The notes under the pieces are model-generated. The model was given only the letters and a program-made list of their open reading frames with translations. It did no database searches and had not been told where the DNA came from. Positions 38,425 through 47,703 of a DNA stretch of 64,000 nt are shown here, in pieces. Position numbers and translations under genes: made by a program. Source of the stretch: a virus; UHGV virus genome UHGV-0211472, one strand, 5' to 3'. The first letter of the stretch is position 1, and each line of letters opens with the position of its first letter.

Positions 38425-38787
38425 CTATTGGTTTTTAATCAACTCAATCGACTTACGGATATAAAGAATATCTCGGAAGTTTCGATAGTTGTTCATAAAT
38501 TGGTGCTTCTGGAAAGTAGCTTCTTCCAGAGCTTTCTTTGCTTCTTCGTAGTTTTTACGGGCAAGATGTACAACCCGCTCTGGTAACACATTTGCACGAC
38601 GGATGATATACTTGTGAGCTTTCATGTTGCTTTGCTCACGAGCAATCTTACTTTTAGCAACTTTGATACCATTTGCAATCCAAGCAAGTTCTTGCTCAAG
38701 CTCATCGTTGGACATACCACCGAGGTTTGATGCAACCTTGTTCAGAGTTTCAATATTAACGTTGCCCTTAATGGGACGTGTATTCAT
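38425..38787 (-). CDS. hypothetical protein (120 aa)
   Basis: ORF. Confidence 0.45.
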   Translation of the reverse strand: MNTRPIKGNVNIETLNKVASNLGGMSNDELEQELAWIANGIKVAKSKIAREQSNMKAHKYIIRRANVLPERVVHLARKNYEEAKKALEEATFQKHQFMNNYRNFRDILYIRKSIELIKNQ

Positions 38788-38789
38788 AC

Positions 38790-38942
38790 TTACTCCTGTT
38801 GTTTACACTCGTCAGTAACCCACTGATAAGTGGATTGCCCAGAAAAGAAACACTGAATAAATCCAGATGTTCTCTGCGTTACCAGTGCTAGTGCACAAAT
38901 CACTACCGCTGCTGCTAGCAGTTTTAAACCTAATTTAGACAT
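38790..38942 (-). CDS. short secreted/membrane peptide (50 aa)
   Basis: not in ORF track; ATG preceded by GAGAGGAAAT; MSKLGLKLLAAAVVICALALV... hydrophobic N-terminus; stop adjacent to next start. Confidence 0.3.
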   Translation of the reverse strand: MSKLGLKLLAAAVVICALALVTQRTSGFIQCFFSGQSTYQWVTDECKQQE

Positions 38943-38961
38943 ATTTCCTCTCATTGAATTT

Positions 38962-38986
38962 AAAAAAGGACTCTCCGAAAAGAGCC
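38962..38986 (-). terminator. putative rho-independent terminator (minus strand)
   Basis: minus-strand hairpin GGCTCT-TTTCGG-AGAGTCC followed by TTTTTT. Confidence 0.35.
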
Positions 38987-39208
38987 AAGCTTTAAATCCA
39001 AAAAAAAGATATTACCCAATATCTGTGGATAACCTGCTCTTAAAATATCTATCCGACGGATGTTTGAGGAACACTCCTCGCCCTAGCATCGGCCCCATAC
39101 GGGAAATATATTAAGATTAGGTTAGTTGAGTTAGAATAACTCACATAGCCCTCCGAAGAAGGCTATAGGCGTTACTACAACTAAAAATCACCTGATTTTA
39201 CAAAATCA

Positions 39209-39442
39209 TCACTCGCCTTTCTTAGCACGATCTTTGGCAGTTTTGCCAGTGCGGATGCGATAGGAAACGTTAACCAGAGTGCCACCATCAACTACGGTAA
39301 CGCTCTTGTTTTTAGCCAGATCAAATACAGTCTTCTCTGTGCCACCCAAGCGAATCTGCTTAGGCTCGCTGAAGGTTTGGGTTGATTTGGATTGGAACTG
39401 GAACGGTTGACGGATTGCATCGATTGCGCTTACTTTAGACAT
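39209..39442 (-). CDS. hypothetical basic protein (77 aa)
   Basis: ATG preceded by AAGGAA at about 10 nt. Confidence 0.45.
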   Translation of the reverse strand: MSKVSAIDAIRQPFQFQSKSTQTFSEPKQIRLGGTEKTVFDLAKNKSVTVVDGGTLVNVSYRIRTGKTAKDRAKKGE

Positions 39443-39673
39443 AGGGGAAATTCCTTAAAAAGTTATGGCTGCGTAGAGGGAATTCCCTACGCAAATTGGG
39501 CCGCCTACAGAGAGGCGTCATAGTACTAAAAGGAGGAGAGAAGAAGGCTTATTTAGCTACCTTTTTCTGTCCATTTACGAACCAGATAATTGAACCGTCA
39601 GGCTGTCGTTGACCGAAGCCTTTCTGGGTAATCATATCGTCATAAGAATATGCTTTACGTCTCATTTGTTTTC

Positions 39674-39922
39674 CTATGGAGTTAAGATAATTTCAGCCTT
39701 ACTAAACTTCTCACCAACAACCATATCTCCAGAGATGACACGTAGTTCTCCAGTACCCAAATTAACAGCTCCAGCAGGTTGGCAACCTCTGCTCTTAGCT
39801 GTCATCATGTAAATCTTTTTATTCTGGCACTCTTGAAGTGTGAACACATCAGACATGTTTAGATCTTTAACACGAAGAACTATCTTTTCTATGGAATCAA
39901 CCTTGATACTGATAGTGCTCAT
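39674..39922 (-). CDS. hypothetical protein (82 aa)
   Basis: ORF; overlapping plus-strand ORF 39609..39812 judged spurious. Confidence 0.4.
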   Translation of the reverse strand: MSTISIKVDSIEKIVLRVKDLNMSDVFTLQECQNKKIYMMTAKSRGCQPAGAVNLGTGELRVISGDMVVGEKFSKAEIILTP

Positions 39923-39927
39923 TGGTA

Positions 39928-40173
39928 TTACTCCTGAACCACTGACATGCGAATCATTTCCACCTGAGTATCAGCACCTTTAGCACATAAGACCCCTGTG
40001 AGAAGATTTACCACAGTAATCCAACCGTTAACTACACTAATATTGCTAGAAGTGTTTTCAACTCTCATGTAATATTGAGGAGATGCTGAGCCACGTTGAA
40101 TTACGAATGGGTTTCCGGGAATGATAGTAGACAAGGAAACAGTATTATCTTTAATCTTGGGAATGATCTTCAC
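39928..40173 (-). CDS. hypothetical protein (81 aa)
   Basis: ORF. Confidence 0.45.
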   Translation of the reverse strand: MKIIPKIKDNTVSLSTIIPGNPFVIQRGSASPQYYMRVENTSSNISVVNGWITVVNLLTGVLCAKGADTQVEMIRMSVVQE

Positions 40174-40181
40174 ATTGATTC

Positions 40182-40493
40182 CTATTTAAGTTTGAGGCTA
40201 ATATTAAGGTGCATACATGCCCTGTTCTGTACAGCAGCATAACTTCTACCGAGCATGTCAGCCATTCTCTGAATAGACATGAACCCGGCATTACGGATAA
40301 CAAACTGATCTTCTTCTTCAGACCACTTTAATCGAGCTTTAGCGCGAGAGATTTTAAAACGAGAGCACGCAGCATTAATAATCTGTGCTGTTGTTCCCAT
40401 CATCTCTGCTACTTCTTCAACTGTGTGATCTTTAATCAGAGTCTTTAGCAAATCAATTTGCCAAGGAGTCCATTGAATCTGTGCAGGTTTCAT
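40182..40493 (-). CDS. putative HTH DNA-binding protein (103 aa)
   Basis: two HTH-like segments (TVEEVAEMMGTTAQIINAACSRF and SIQRMADMLGRSYAAVQNRA). Confidence 0.4.
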   Translation of the reverse strand: MKPAQIQWTPWQIDLLKTLIKDHTVEEVAEMMGTTAQIINAACSRFKISRAKARLKWSEEEDQFVIRNAGFMSIQRMADMLGRSYAAVQNRACMHLNISLKLK

Positions 40494-40787
40494 ATACCCT
40501 CCAATTAAACATTTATATAAGACTTGCTTAGATAAAGATTCAATAAATAGGGGGAGGGGACGAATCCTCCCTTATCCTATTAGTTACTATTGCATGTAAG
40601 ATCTAACAATCGGTTGCCTTTGTAGGAATAAGCGTTATGCTAATCCAGCACTAAACTCCCGCCCCCTTAGTGGGCTGGGTTATTAAAGGGTAACGCCCTT
40701 ATGGGCTAGTTACATGAATGTTAGTTTGATAGGAGATCTGAAGTCCTATCTCAAAGGACTCTCGTAAGAATCCTTCACGATAAGTTC

Positions 40788-40985
40788 TTAATACACTAAG
40801 CCGTGTAAAAGAAACACCCTCTTTGTAAGCTCTGCTTTAGCTCTGTAATAAGCCCTAGAACCTAACAGACGGCTCTTAACAAAGAACTTAATGTCATTGC
40901 TAACATCTTGTATTAAACGCTCCTGTACAGCTTCTGAGGAGCTATTAATCGAATCAATTAACACCTTTGTAGATGTGTAATTCAT
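40788..40985 (-). CDS. hypothetical protein (65 aa)
   Basis: ORF. Confidence 0.35.
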   Translation of the reverse strand: MNYTSTKVLIDSINSSSEAVQERLIQDVSNDIKFFVKSRLLGSRAYYRAKAELTKRVFLLHGLVY

Positions 40986-41084
40986 GTCACTACTCCCTAC
41001 TAATTACAGCCTGTAAGGGCCACACAGACGATGAAGATACAGATTAAGGATATTACACCACCCCAACTCATAACACACCTCATT

Positions 41085-41600
41085 CTATTTAGTTAACCAA
41101 AAACCTTTCGGCTTTTTAACAACACCAAGAATCCTACATCTCTTATGGACAGCCGAATCACTAACACTCAGTAACCTCCCTACTACGTACACGGGGTAAA
41201 TGTCTATTAAAGACTGAAGAGATTCTTTTGTTATTTCAAACCGTCTGCTATCTAATTTGGCACAAAGCTGTGAGCAAAACCTTTGGTTGCTATTCTCTGA
41301 AACAAGGTAAATCTCTCCACAAAAAGAACATAATCTTTCTTCCATAACAGCCCCATGATGATGCCTGCTATGCTCCTCATAAGTCATGATTTCTAAATTA
41401 GATGGTTCGTTGTTTAACTTATTCTCATCCTTGTGATGAACCACTAGGTCAGAGTTCAGTTCGACACCGTAGAAATTTTGAGCAACATACCTATGAACAT
41501 ACACCTTTCCAGCTTTATTGGCCATAGGGTGTGTTGGTTGGTACACATACAAATAACCAACACCTTTATCAACAACTGCTTTACTTAGATCTAGCTTCAT
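41085..41600 (-). CDS. HNH endonuclease
   Basis: VVHHKDENKLNNEPSNLEIMTYEEH HNH core plus C-terminal Cys-rich region. Confidence 0.65.
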   Translation of the reverse strand: MKLDLSKAVVDKGVGYLYVYQPTHPMANKAGKVYVHRYVAQNFYGVELNSDLVVHHKDENKLNNEPSNLEIMTYEEHSRHHHGAVMEERLCSFCGEIYLVSENSNQRFCSQLCAKLDSRRFEITKESLQSLIDIYPVYVVGRLLSVSDSAVHKRCRILGVVKKPKGFWLTK

Positions 41601-41720
41601 AATACCTCAAGAACTCTTAGCGAGGGTGACAGGACTCGAACCTGCATACTCCATTTACTTCTTTAACGACCACTTAGAAGGCGGGGAAGATACACCCTCA
41701 CTAAGAGCTCTCGTTAATCC

Positions 41721-41972
41721 TCAAGCACAAGCAGGGAGTGTGATGATCTTATACTTACCTTCAAACTCTCCAAACAAACCCAAGAATGTAGGACTGTAGG
41801 TTCCAGTACAAACAAACTCATCAAACAATTCGTTATAGCTAGGCTTAATCTTCCAAGCCCATACATAACCCATCCTATCAATCGCAATGTAACGAGTGTT
41901 CAGAGGAACAGTCATCATCACACCATCAACTTCAATCACTTTAGTTATTGGTGCAGCTTGAAAGTTTTTCAT
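41721..41972 (-). CDS. hypothetical protein (83 aa)
   Basis: ORF; start overlaps stop of upstream short ORF (ATGA). Confidence 0.45.
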   Translation of the reverse strand: MKNFQAAPITKVIEVDGVMMTVPLNTRYIAIDRMGYVWAWKIKPSYNELFDEFVCTGTYSPTFLGLFGEFEGKYKIITLPACA

Positions 41973-42145
41973 ACTTTACCTTTGATAAAAATATCATTAC
42001 CACAGACACAGCATGAACGAACAACAGTAGCGCCACGCTGAACGATACGAACCTCTTCCTTAACCAGATTAATACGAGCACCGCAGCAAGGAGAATTGAC
42101 ATAAGAGTAACCAGCTTGTGTATTCTTGATTGTTTGCTTAGACAT
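41969..42145 (-). CDS. short zinc-ribbon protein (58 aa)
   Basis: not in ORF track; ATG preceded by AAGAGGAAG; MSKQTIKNTQAGYSYVNSPCCGARINLVKEEVRIVQRGATVVRSCCVCGNDIFIKGKV with two Cys pairs. Confidence 0.35.
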   Translation of the reverse strand: MSKQTIKNTQAGYSYVNSPCCGARINLVKEEVRIVQRGATVVRSCCVCGNDIFIKGKV

Positions 42146-42190
42146 TTTTAGCTTCCTCTTGTTAGTTTAAGTAAGAGTTGTCCCTTAATT

Positions 42191-42230
42191 AAAACAACAA
42201 AGGCCACCCGATTGGGCAGCCTTTTTATTT
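42191..42230. terminator. rho-independent terminator hairpin (same stem sequence as at 19531..19550)
   Basis: GGCCACCC-GATT-GGGCAGCC flanked by A-run upstream and TTTTTATTT downstream. Confidence 0.4.
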
Positions 42231-42671
42231 GTTAGCTGTTATAAGTCCAACCACCTTGCTTGTTACGAATGGCAGACATTGCATGAAGCCAGAAGTCTTC
42301 CAGTTTCAGAGCACCGTTAGCTACTGCATCCATACGTTCAGGGCGGTTCATACGTTTGGTTGATACTTTCATACCTATCTCTCTTTGTTAGTGGAGGCAT
42401 TATTGCCAGTTGATATAGCGGATAGCTCTCACTATAGAGCCAACTACTCTACAAACTGGTGAAGACTCCCTACCCCTAGGAAGTCTCCTGAATCCCAAAC
42501 CAATACGTACCCCTACATATCGGAAAGTCTTTCGAAAATTAACAGGTTTTAGTCTAGCACCGGATGTTCGAGCAAGCTCTCCCTAGCGGTGTGGCATATG
42601 CCTGAATTAATAAGTTAATGAGGAACACCCTCACATAGCCCTCTGATGAATACAAGGGCTATAAGTCGGTG

Positions 42672-42968
42672 TTACTTATCAGCTTCAATCTCTTGATGCT
42701 TAGCAATAGCTACTCGCAAGTCTTCATTAGCACGAGCAAGGCGTAAGACTTCGTGGTTGAGATTCTGAAGACGGTTGTTTCTGTCTTCAACTTGCATAAC
42801 AAGATCATTAAGAGTTACTTTAACTTTCTCGCTATACATTTCATCTACTTGAATCAGAGATTTATACTTTCTCTCCCAGCTTGCTGCTTTGTTTCTAAGA
42901 ATAATAAATCCTATAACACTGATAGTTAAACAGCTTACAAAAAGGAATTTATATACTTCTAAAGTCAT
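42672..42968 (-). CDS. membrane-anchored coiled-coil protein (98 aa)
   Basis: N-terminal hydrophobic helix FLFVSCLTISVIGFIIL then charged coiled-coil-like region; adjacent to hydrolase gene. Confidence 0.45.
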   Translation of the reverse strand: MTLEVYKFLFVSCLTISVIGFIILRNKAASWERKYKSLIQVDEMYSEKVKVTLNDLVMQVEDRNNRLQNLNHEVLRLARANEDLRVAIAKHQEIEADK

Positions 42969-43167
42969 ATTATTTACCCTTTATCAGAGATTAAAAGTAA
43001 TATTATTTAAGTAAGTTATATTTAGTAAACTTATTTTCTAAGAAATTTTCAAAGGGTCTATATACAGAGCATTACTCATAGTCCCAGAATACTACCATCT
43101 TTTTCAATAAATTTACTAAGTGGTTGGTTTATAAAGGAATTTAGTTTGTCAAATCTGGCACTAGTGA

Positions 43168-43557
43168 TTATTCCCTAGAGCTATTATCGAATACTAAATC
43201 ACCACAATACATAGGATTGGCATACCATTTTGGCACCCCTTCGCTCTTACTCTGAAAGTAAGTCCCACTGTACAGCGGAACATAATTCTTCTTAAGGGCA
43301 CGTTTAGCTAGCTGCTCACTTTCTCCAATGGCTTGCTTAGTCATCGGATTTTTATCACGAATCAGCTTCACATAACGTTTATAAGGTTTCTCCTGTTTTA
43401 ATAGTACCGGAATCCACTCAAACTGGTTCTTTTGTCTTATCACCTGTTCAGCGGTCAGTTTTCGTTGAGCCATTCTATTTATTACGGTATCCGCAACCAT
43501 AGCTTTACATGCGGTTGGCTGATTCCCTGCCTCATAATAAATAGTCAATGTCAACAT
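43168..43557 (-). CDS. cell-wall hydrolase (SleB-like) - candidate endolysin
   Basis: N-terminal IYYEAGNQPTACKAMVADTVINRMAQ resembles the SleB-type cell wall hydrolase signature (IY.EARGE...A.VILNR). Confidence 0.5.
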   Translation of the reverse strand: MLTLTIYYEAGNQPTACKAMVADTVINRMAQRKLTAEQVIRQKNQFEWIPVLLKQEKPYKRYVKLIRDKNPMTKQAIGESEQLAKRALKKNYVPLYSGTYFQSKSEGVPKWYANPMYCGDLVFDNSSRE

Positions 43558-43631
43558 TAGCTGGGCCGTTGTTATCAGAACTTGCTACCTCCTTTGTTTA
43601 TAGGCCCCCAATTGTGGGGGCCTTCAGTCTG

Positions 43632-44042
43632 TCATTCAATAACTTTGTAAGATATTACGTCGCCACCGTTTTTGTGTATGTTCCAGTTCACATCTTCGGA
43701 CTTTATGACCTCTTTTCCGCCATCCCGATATATAACACTAACAATTTTACCGGTGGCTGGGTTTTCTCCGCCTCCCCAATAGCTCCACCATTTAGAGGAC
43801 TCTTCATTTTCATCGGTTGTGACAGACTCTATTGCTTTGTATTTTCCGACTGTGGACCCTGAAGAGTTCATAGCGTAGACTACGCTATACACTAAAGCGT
43901 CGCCTACTTCCTTTAAGTGTAAAGTGAACGGTCCATCAGAATCAACCGCATCTATTTTATTGCTTTTAGCGTGGTAGGAGAAAGTTTTAACCTCATATAG
44001 AGATTCTGACCCATCGTTACGCATAGCTTTTAATGTAAACAT
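43632..44042 (-). CDS. hypothetical protein (about 136 aa)
   Basis: preferred start ATG 44042 with AAGGAG at 8 nt; track ORF start at 44135 would overlap a terminator hairpin. Confidence 0.45.
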   Translation of the reverse strand: MFTLKAMRNDGSESLYEVKTFSYHAKSNKIDAVDSDGPFTLHLKEVGDALVYSVVYAMNSSGSTVGKYKAIESVTTDENEESSKWWSYWGGGENPATGKIVSVIYRDGGKEVIKSEDVNWNIHKNGGDVISYKVIE

Positions 44043-44090
44043 ATTATTCTCCTTCTTCGTAGTTAAGAAATAATCTCGTTTTACAGGCAT

Positions 44091-44116
44091 AAAAAAGCCC
44101 CAGCCGTAGCCGGGGC
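44091..44116 (-). terminator. rho-independent terminator (minus strand)
   Basis: GC-rich hairpin GCCCCGGCTACGGCTGGGGC followed by TTTTTT on the minus strand. Confidence 0.4.
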
Positions 44117-44281
44117 AAACCTGAAAGCAACACATGACCGTTGCTATAAATACACTCGCAAATGCACTTACAGCAACGCAAAAAGCCGCTCAAAGGCGGC
44201 TATGCGGAAGCTTCAAATGGGGAGAGGGCACGACGCTACAGAAAGAGCGTCACAGTACTAAAAGAGGGGGCTATATTCCTA

Positions 44282-44725
44282 CTACTTAACCCTTGCTTCT
44301 TTGATGGGGTCGATGTATTTCTCAACTCCCCACTTGTGTTTACTATCTGCGTAGAATACATCAGGTGCACACTGGCTAGTCTTAGGAAAAGCCTGCGGGT
44401 CTTTCGTGCTACCCTTAAACTTCTGTTTACCACGGGTGCGACCATTACAGAAGATTTCTAACTTCTTCTCCTCTTCTGTTTTAGCTCCCCCGCTCTGTAA
44501 TAAAGAGCGTTTATGATCGGCTAACAATAACGCATCAGCACGATGGACACGATGGCCTACACGTTTTGTCACACTGGAAGGAACATGGGATTCAGCCTCA
44601 ACCTTTGCAGCACGACGTTTTAAACTACGCTTACTAACGTGATTGGTTGCCTTTGGTTTCTCTTTCTCCAGTTCAGAGATAGAAAAACAACGACCGCCCT
44701 TCATGCTGATTTTAGATTTAGCCAC
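44282..44725 (-). CDS. basic protein (147 aa), possible nucleic-acid-binding
   Basis: Lys/Arg-rich ORF; overlapping plus ORF 44162..44461 judged spurious. Confidence 0.45.
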   Translation of the reverse strand: MAKSKISMKGGRCFSISELEKEKPKATNHVSKRSLKRRAAKVEAESHVPSSVTKRVGHRVHRADALLLADHKRSLLQSGGAKTEEEKKLEIFCNGRTRGKQKFKGSTKDPQAFPKTSQCAPDVFYADSKHKWGVEKYIDPIKEARVK

Positions 44726-44794
44726 AATCTTATTCCTTTTAGTGATAAGTTATATCGGGCAAGCCCATCAAGGCGATAGGCTTGAACAAACAAC

Positions 44795-45001
44795 TTAATT
44801 AAGTAAACCGAACGACTTCCAACTACGTGTTAAAACTGTACCATCATCCATCTTAACGGACATATTGAGAAATTTCTTTCCTTGTGTACTAATCGTTGCA
44901 ACTACTCCCGTCATTGCCTTACCTTTATTTAAGTATCGGTATGAAACACGACGCCCAAGAAGGGCTATAGGAGTCTTACTAAAAGGTTTAATATTAATCA
45001 T
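44795..45001 (-). CDS. hypothetical protein (68 aa)
   Basis: ORF. Confidence 0.4.
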   Translation of the reverse strand: MINIKPFSKTPIALLGRRVSYRYLNKGKAMTGVVATISTQGKKFLNMSVKMDDGTVLTRSWKSFGLLN

Positions 45002-45222
45002 GCTGCTTGATACCTTTTCATATATTCGATGCGGTGGGAATGTGTGTATGACGCTTTAATTGCCATTGCTCTGACTTCTTCTAAGCGTTGGTTTTCGTAA
45101 ACCTTCTTTGCTTCTTCATGGTTATGTCGTTTCTGGAGAATCTTACTACATTTACGATGGTTTCCCGTGCTGCGATGTTTCTCACAAATAGGACACTTAC
45201 CAAAGCCTTCACTAATGATCAT
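44998..45222 (-). CDS. small zinc-finger protein (74 aa)
   Basis: GKCPICEKH...HRKC motif. Confidence 0.4.
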   Translation of the reverse strand: MIISEGFGKCPICEKHRSTGNHRKCSKILQKRHNHEEAKKVYENQRLEEVRAMAIKASYTHSHRIEYMKRYQAA

Positions 45223-45482
45223 TTTCTCAATCCTACCTTACGTAGTACACGGCCTAACGTTGTTTCTTGCGTGATGGTATAACTAATCGCTTCACGTTCT
45301 AACGTCTCAATCTTCATTGGCGACGGATACCATTCACCGGTAAGCATACATTTATATTCAATGCCATACTTCTTAGATAGGCGGTAATGTTGACCGTTTC
45401 GAAGGTTTCTGTAGATCGTGGTATGTGTAGTTAACATAGTCATCACCTTTGATTGGATTCTTTGATTAATGCACTGAATCAA
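45219..45482 (-). CDS. hypothetical protein (87 aa)
   Basis: ORF. Confidence 0.4.
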   Translation of the reverse strand: MIQCINQRIQSKVMTMLTTHTTIYRNLRNGQHYRLSKKYGIEYKCMLTGEWYPSPMKIETLEREAISYTITQETTLGRVLRKVGLRK

Positions 45483-45490
45483 TGCACTGA

Positions 45491-45526
45491 TAAAAGAAAA
45501 GGCGCTACCCGTTAAGATAGCGCCTT
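45491..45526 (-). terminator. rho-independent terminator (minus strand)
   Basis: AAGGCGCTA-(10-nt loop)-TAGCGCCTT followed on minus strand by TTCTTTT. Confidence 0.4.
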
Positions 45527-45548
45527 ATGTTTATTTAAATTGTCTTAC

Positions 45549-46448
45549 TTATGCTGCCTGACGTGCTGCCATAATTTCAGCCGCTTTGCGCAGTACTTCT
45601 TCCTCTTCTGCTTTCGCAGCTTGCTCGGTACGAGTAGCAACCGTTGAAGAGATACGACCGCGCAGACTTTCTAACTTCTCCTGCATAGCTGCAACAGCCT
45701 TTTCCATTTCATCAGCGTATGAATCAAGTGATTCCAATTCCTTGCTTGATGCGTTCATCAGGTAGTCATCAGAGATTGCTACCGTTGAGGCCGTGACTTT
45801 CTTGATGAGTGAATCAAAGGACTTTTTAACTTTGCCGACTTCTTCGCTCAGGGCAATAGTGTTATCACTAGTTGCGCCGTTGCGCTCATCAGCTAGTAAT
45901 TTAGCTTCAATACGGATTGCATTCAAGCGTTCAACCAAAGCGTAAATATCTTGGTTAAAATCTTCCTTGTTTTTCGCCGGGATTTGCAGGTGTGCCGCTA
46001 CGTTGTCGTTGCAACCTTTGTAGAAGTTAGGATTATCAACTTCAATTTCACGACCTAAAGCAAAGTTTTCGAAAGCGTTTGACCAGCGAGCGCGGTTTTG
46101 TTCCATTTTGGTCTTAATCTGCGCTTCTTTCGCATCTTCTTTCGCTTTCGCTTCACCTTCCAGATTAATCCACTTTTTACGACCATTTGCCGCATCGGTG
46201 TTAAACTTGATAGGGGTTAAGAAAGTGATTGCGGTAGCAATAACATCCATATCGCGGAAGCGTTCAGTTAACAGGAAATCAACCGCCGTCTGTAATACGT
46301 CCAGTTTCTTACCGTTGCTGCGGAAGTGCTGCAAATGACCTAACAGGAAGTTAGAAACATCTTGTTTGATCGCCGCGTTATTGCTACGAATGTTGTTAGC
46401 CAGAGCATTAAAACCGGATTCGTTAACCAGAGTAAAGATTTTAGCCAT
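45549..46448 (-). CDS. hypothetical early protein (about 299 aa)
   Basis: preferred start ATG 46448 with AAGGTG at 7 nt (track start 46457 is GTG); first gene downstream of the ORF-free region. Confidence 0.5.
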   Translation of the reverse strand: MAKIFTLVNESGFNALANNIRSNNAAIKQDVSNFLLGHLQHFRSNGKKLDVLQTAVDFLLTERFRDMDVIATAITFLTPIKFNTDAANGRKKWINLEGEAKAKEDAKEAQIKTKMEQNRARWSNAFENFALGREIEVDNPNFYKGCNDNVAAHLQIPAKNKEDFNQDIYALVERLNAIRIEAKLLADERNGATSDNTIALSEEVGKVKKSFDSLIKKVTASTVAISDDYLMNASSKELESLDSYADEMEKAVAAMQEKLESLRGRISSTVATRTEQAAKAEEEEVLRKAAEIMAARQAA

Positions 46449-47370
46449 GATATTCACCTTTCAATTGTAAGGGCACTTTGCCCCGCTCTCTATGAGCTTG
46501 CTTAAGTCACTATTAACTTAACTCTAACCACTCACTATTAAGTAGTTATAGGTAAGTGGAGCGGTCTTATCAGGAATTAACCTTGCCGCTCCCTTATCCG
46601 TGATGTTTCATCTGGTATCTTTAATTAGTCGCTATAAACAAAGCCGACCTGATAGCGATGATCAATCATCACAATAAGGCAGTGCGTCCGACTCTAATTA
46701 GTTACGTTATTGTAACCGTCGGCAATATCGTCTACTTTGCTTTCGCTCTCGCCTATCCTTTTGTATCAACTCTCAATCGCTAGTCATCGCCCACTACGGG
46801 ATACTATTGCGAAAGAGTCATTGACCGTCTAATATTCCGACGTTTTATATCTTTCAGCGAGTTTACTACATAAACCGACTATGTACTTTCATCATGAGAT
46901 GAATCTCAAGCCGTTCACATTGTAAACGTTCACACTAAACCTTATTGTTAAATAGCAATTTGCCACTTTTTAACCACTCCCCGCCGCTCTCAATTGAGCG
47001 TTAATTCGTCGGACTTATCTACCCTGATTAACTTCTTTCACCGTAGCGCCTTGTTAGCGATGACCGCCGCTACCCTTAACCGTGGGCGATTAGCTTAAGT
47101 CGATGCGTGCACTCGATGAATCTGCTTATCAGTGGTGATGTTTCCAGTAAGGGATTGTAAGGCTGTTTTCTCTGATAGTTTAGAGAGTCTTACACCGTTT
47201 TATCTGGTATGCTTTCCGATGGTTATTATCATCAAGCATATTCAACCGATATAGGAGAACGTTTAAATTGTTAAAGAGCGGTAAATCTATCAGCGCGCTT
47301 TCTCACGCTATGCAACTGTTAGCCGTTGTTACGCTATTCACTGAAGCGGTGATTTGCTTAAGTGATGCTC

Positions 47371-47703
47371 ATTATGAATCATGTTGTTTTAGCTGTCAAC
47401 CACTTTTTTAATCTTTTTCGTCGTTCCCGTTATTGGGAGGATATACCAATCAGCTTTATTCGATTGGAGATTAAGCGGTAAGGCTTAACTTATGATTCAT
47501 ATTTTTAAAGAGCGGTTACTACATTCACAGCTTAACACATCGTGTTAGCTTGTCAACTCTTTTTATCATCTTCTTTGAATTCCTTTCCCTTATCTCGCGT
47601 GAATCTCTGCGAAAGGGCAAGATGATAAGTTTTTAAAGAGCAATTGCAAGTTTCCTTGCTTTGTTTCTGATACCCATCTTACTACATTTGGGCATCTTGT
47701 CAA
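47371..47703 (-). promoter_or_regulatory. cluster of three tandem sigma70-like promoters on the minus strand
   Basis: three perfect TTGACA -35 boxes (plus coords 47394-47399, 47551-47556, 47698-47703), each preceded by an A-tract (AAAAAG); copy 1 has -10 CATAAT at 17-nt spacing, copy 3 TAAGAT at 16 nt; copy 2 -10 is weak. Confidence 0.4.

Noticed and set aside
39609-39812. ORF-track plus-strand CDS of 67 aa
   Set aside because: Antisense overlap with minus-strand gene 39674..39922 in a region where all neighbours are minus-strand; no RBS.
42424-42445. T7-like phage RNA polymerase promoter core CTCACTATAG
   Set aside because: Single 10-mer match, which is plausible by chance in 64 kb; no phage-type single-subunit RNA polymerase gene is present in the window and the upstream TAATACGA part of the consensus is absent.
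44162-44461. ORF-track plus-strand CDS of 99 aa
   Set aside because: Antisense to a well-supported minus-strand gene (44282..44725) and spans two minus-strand terminator hairpins.
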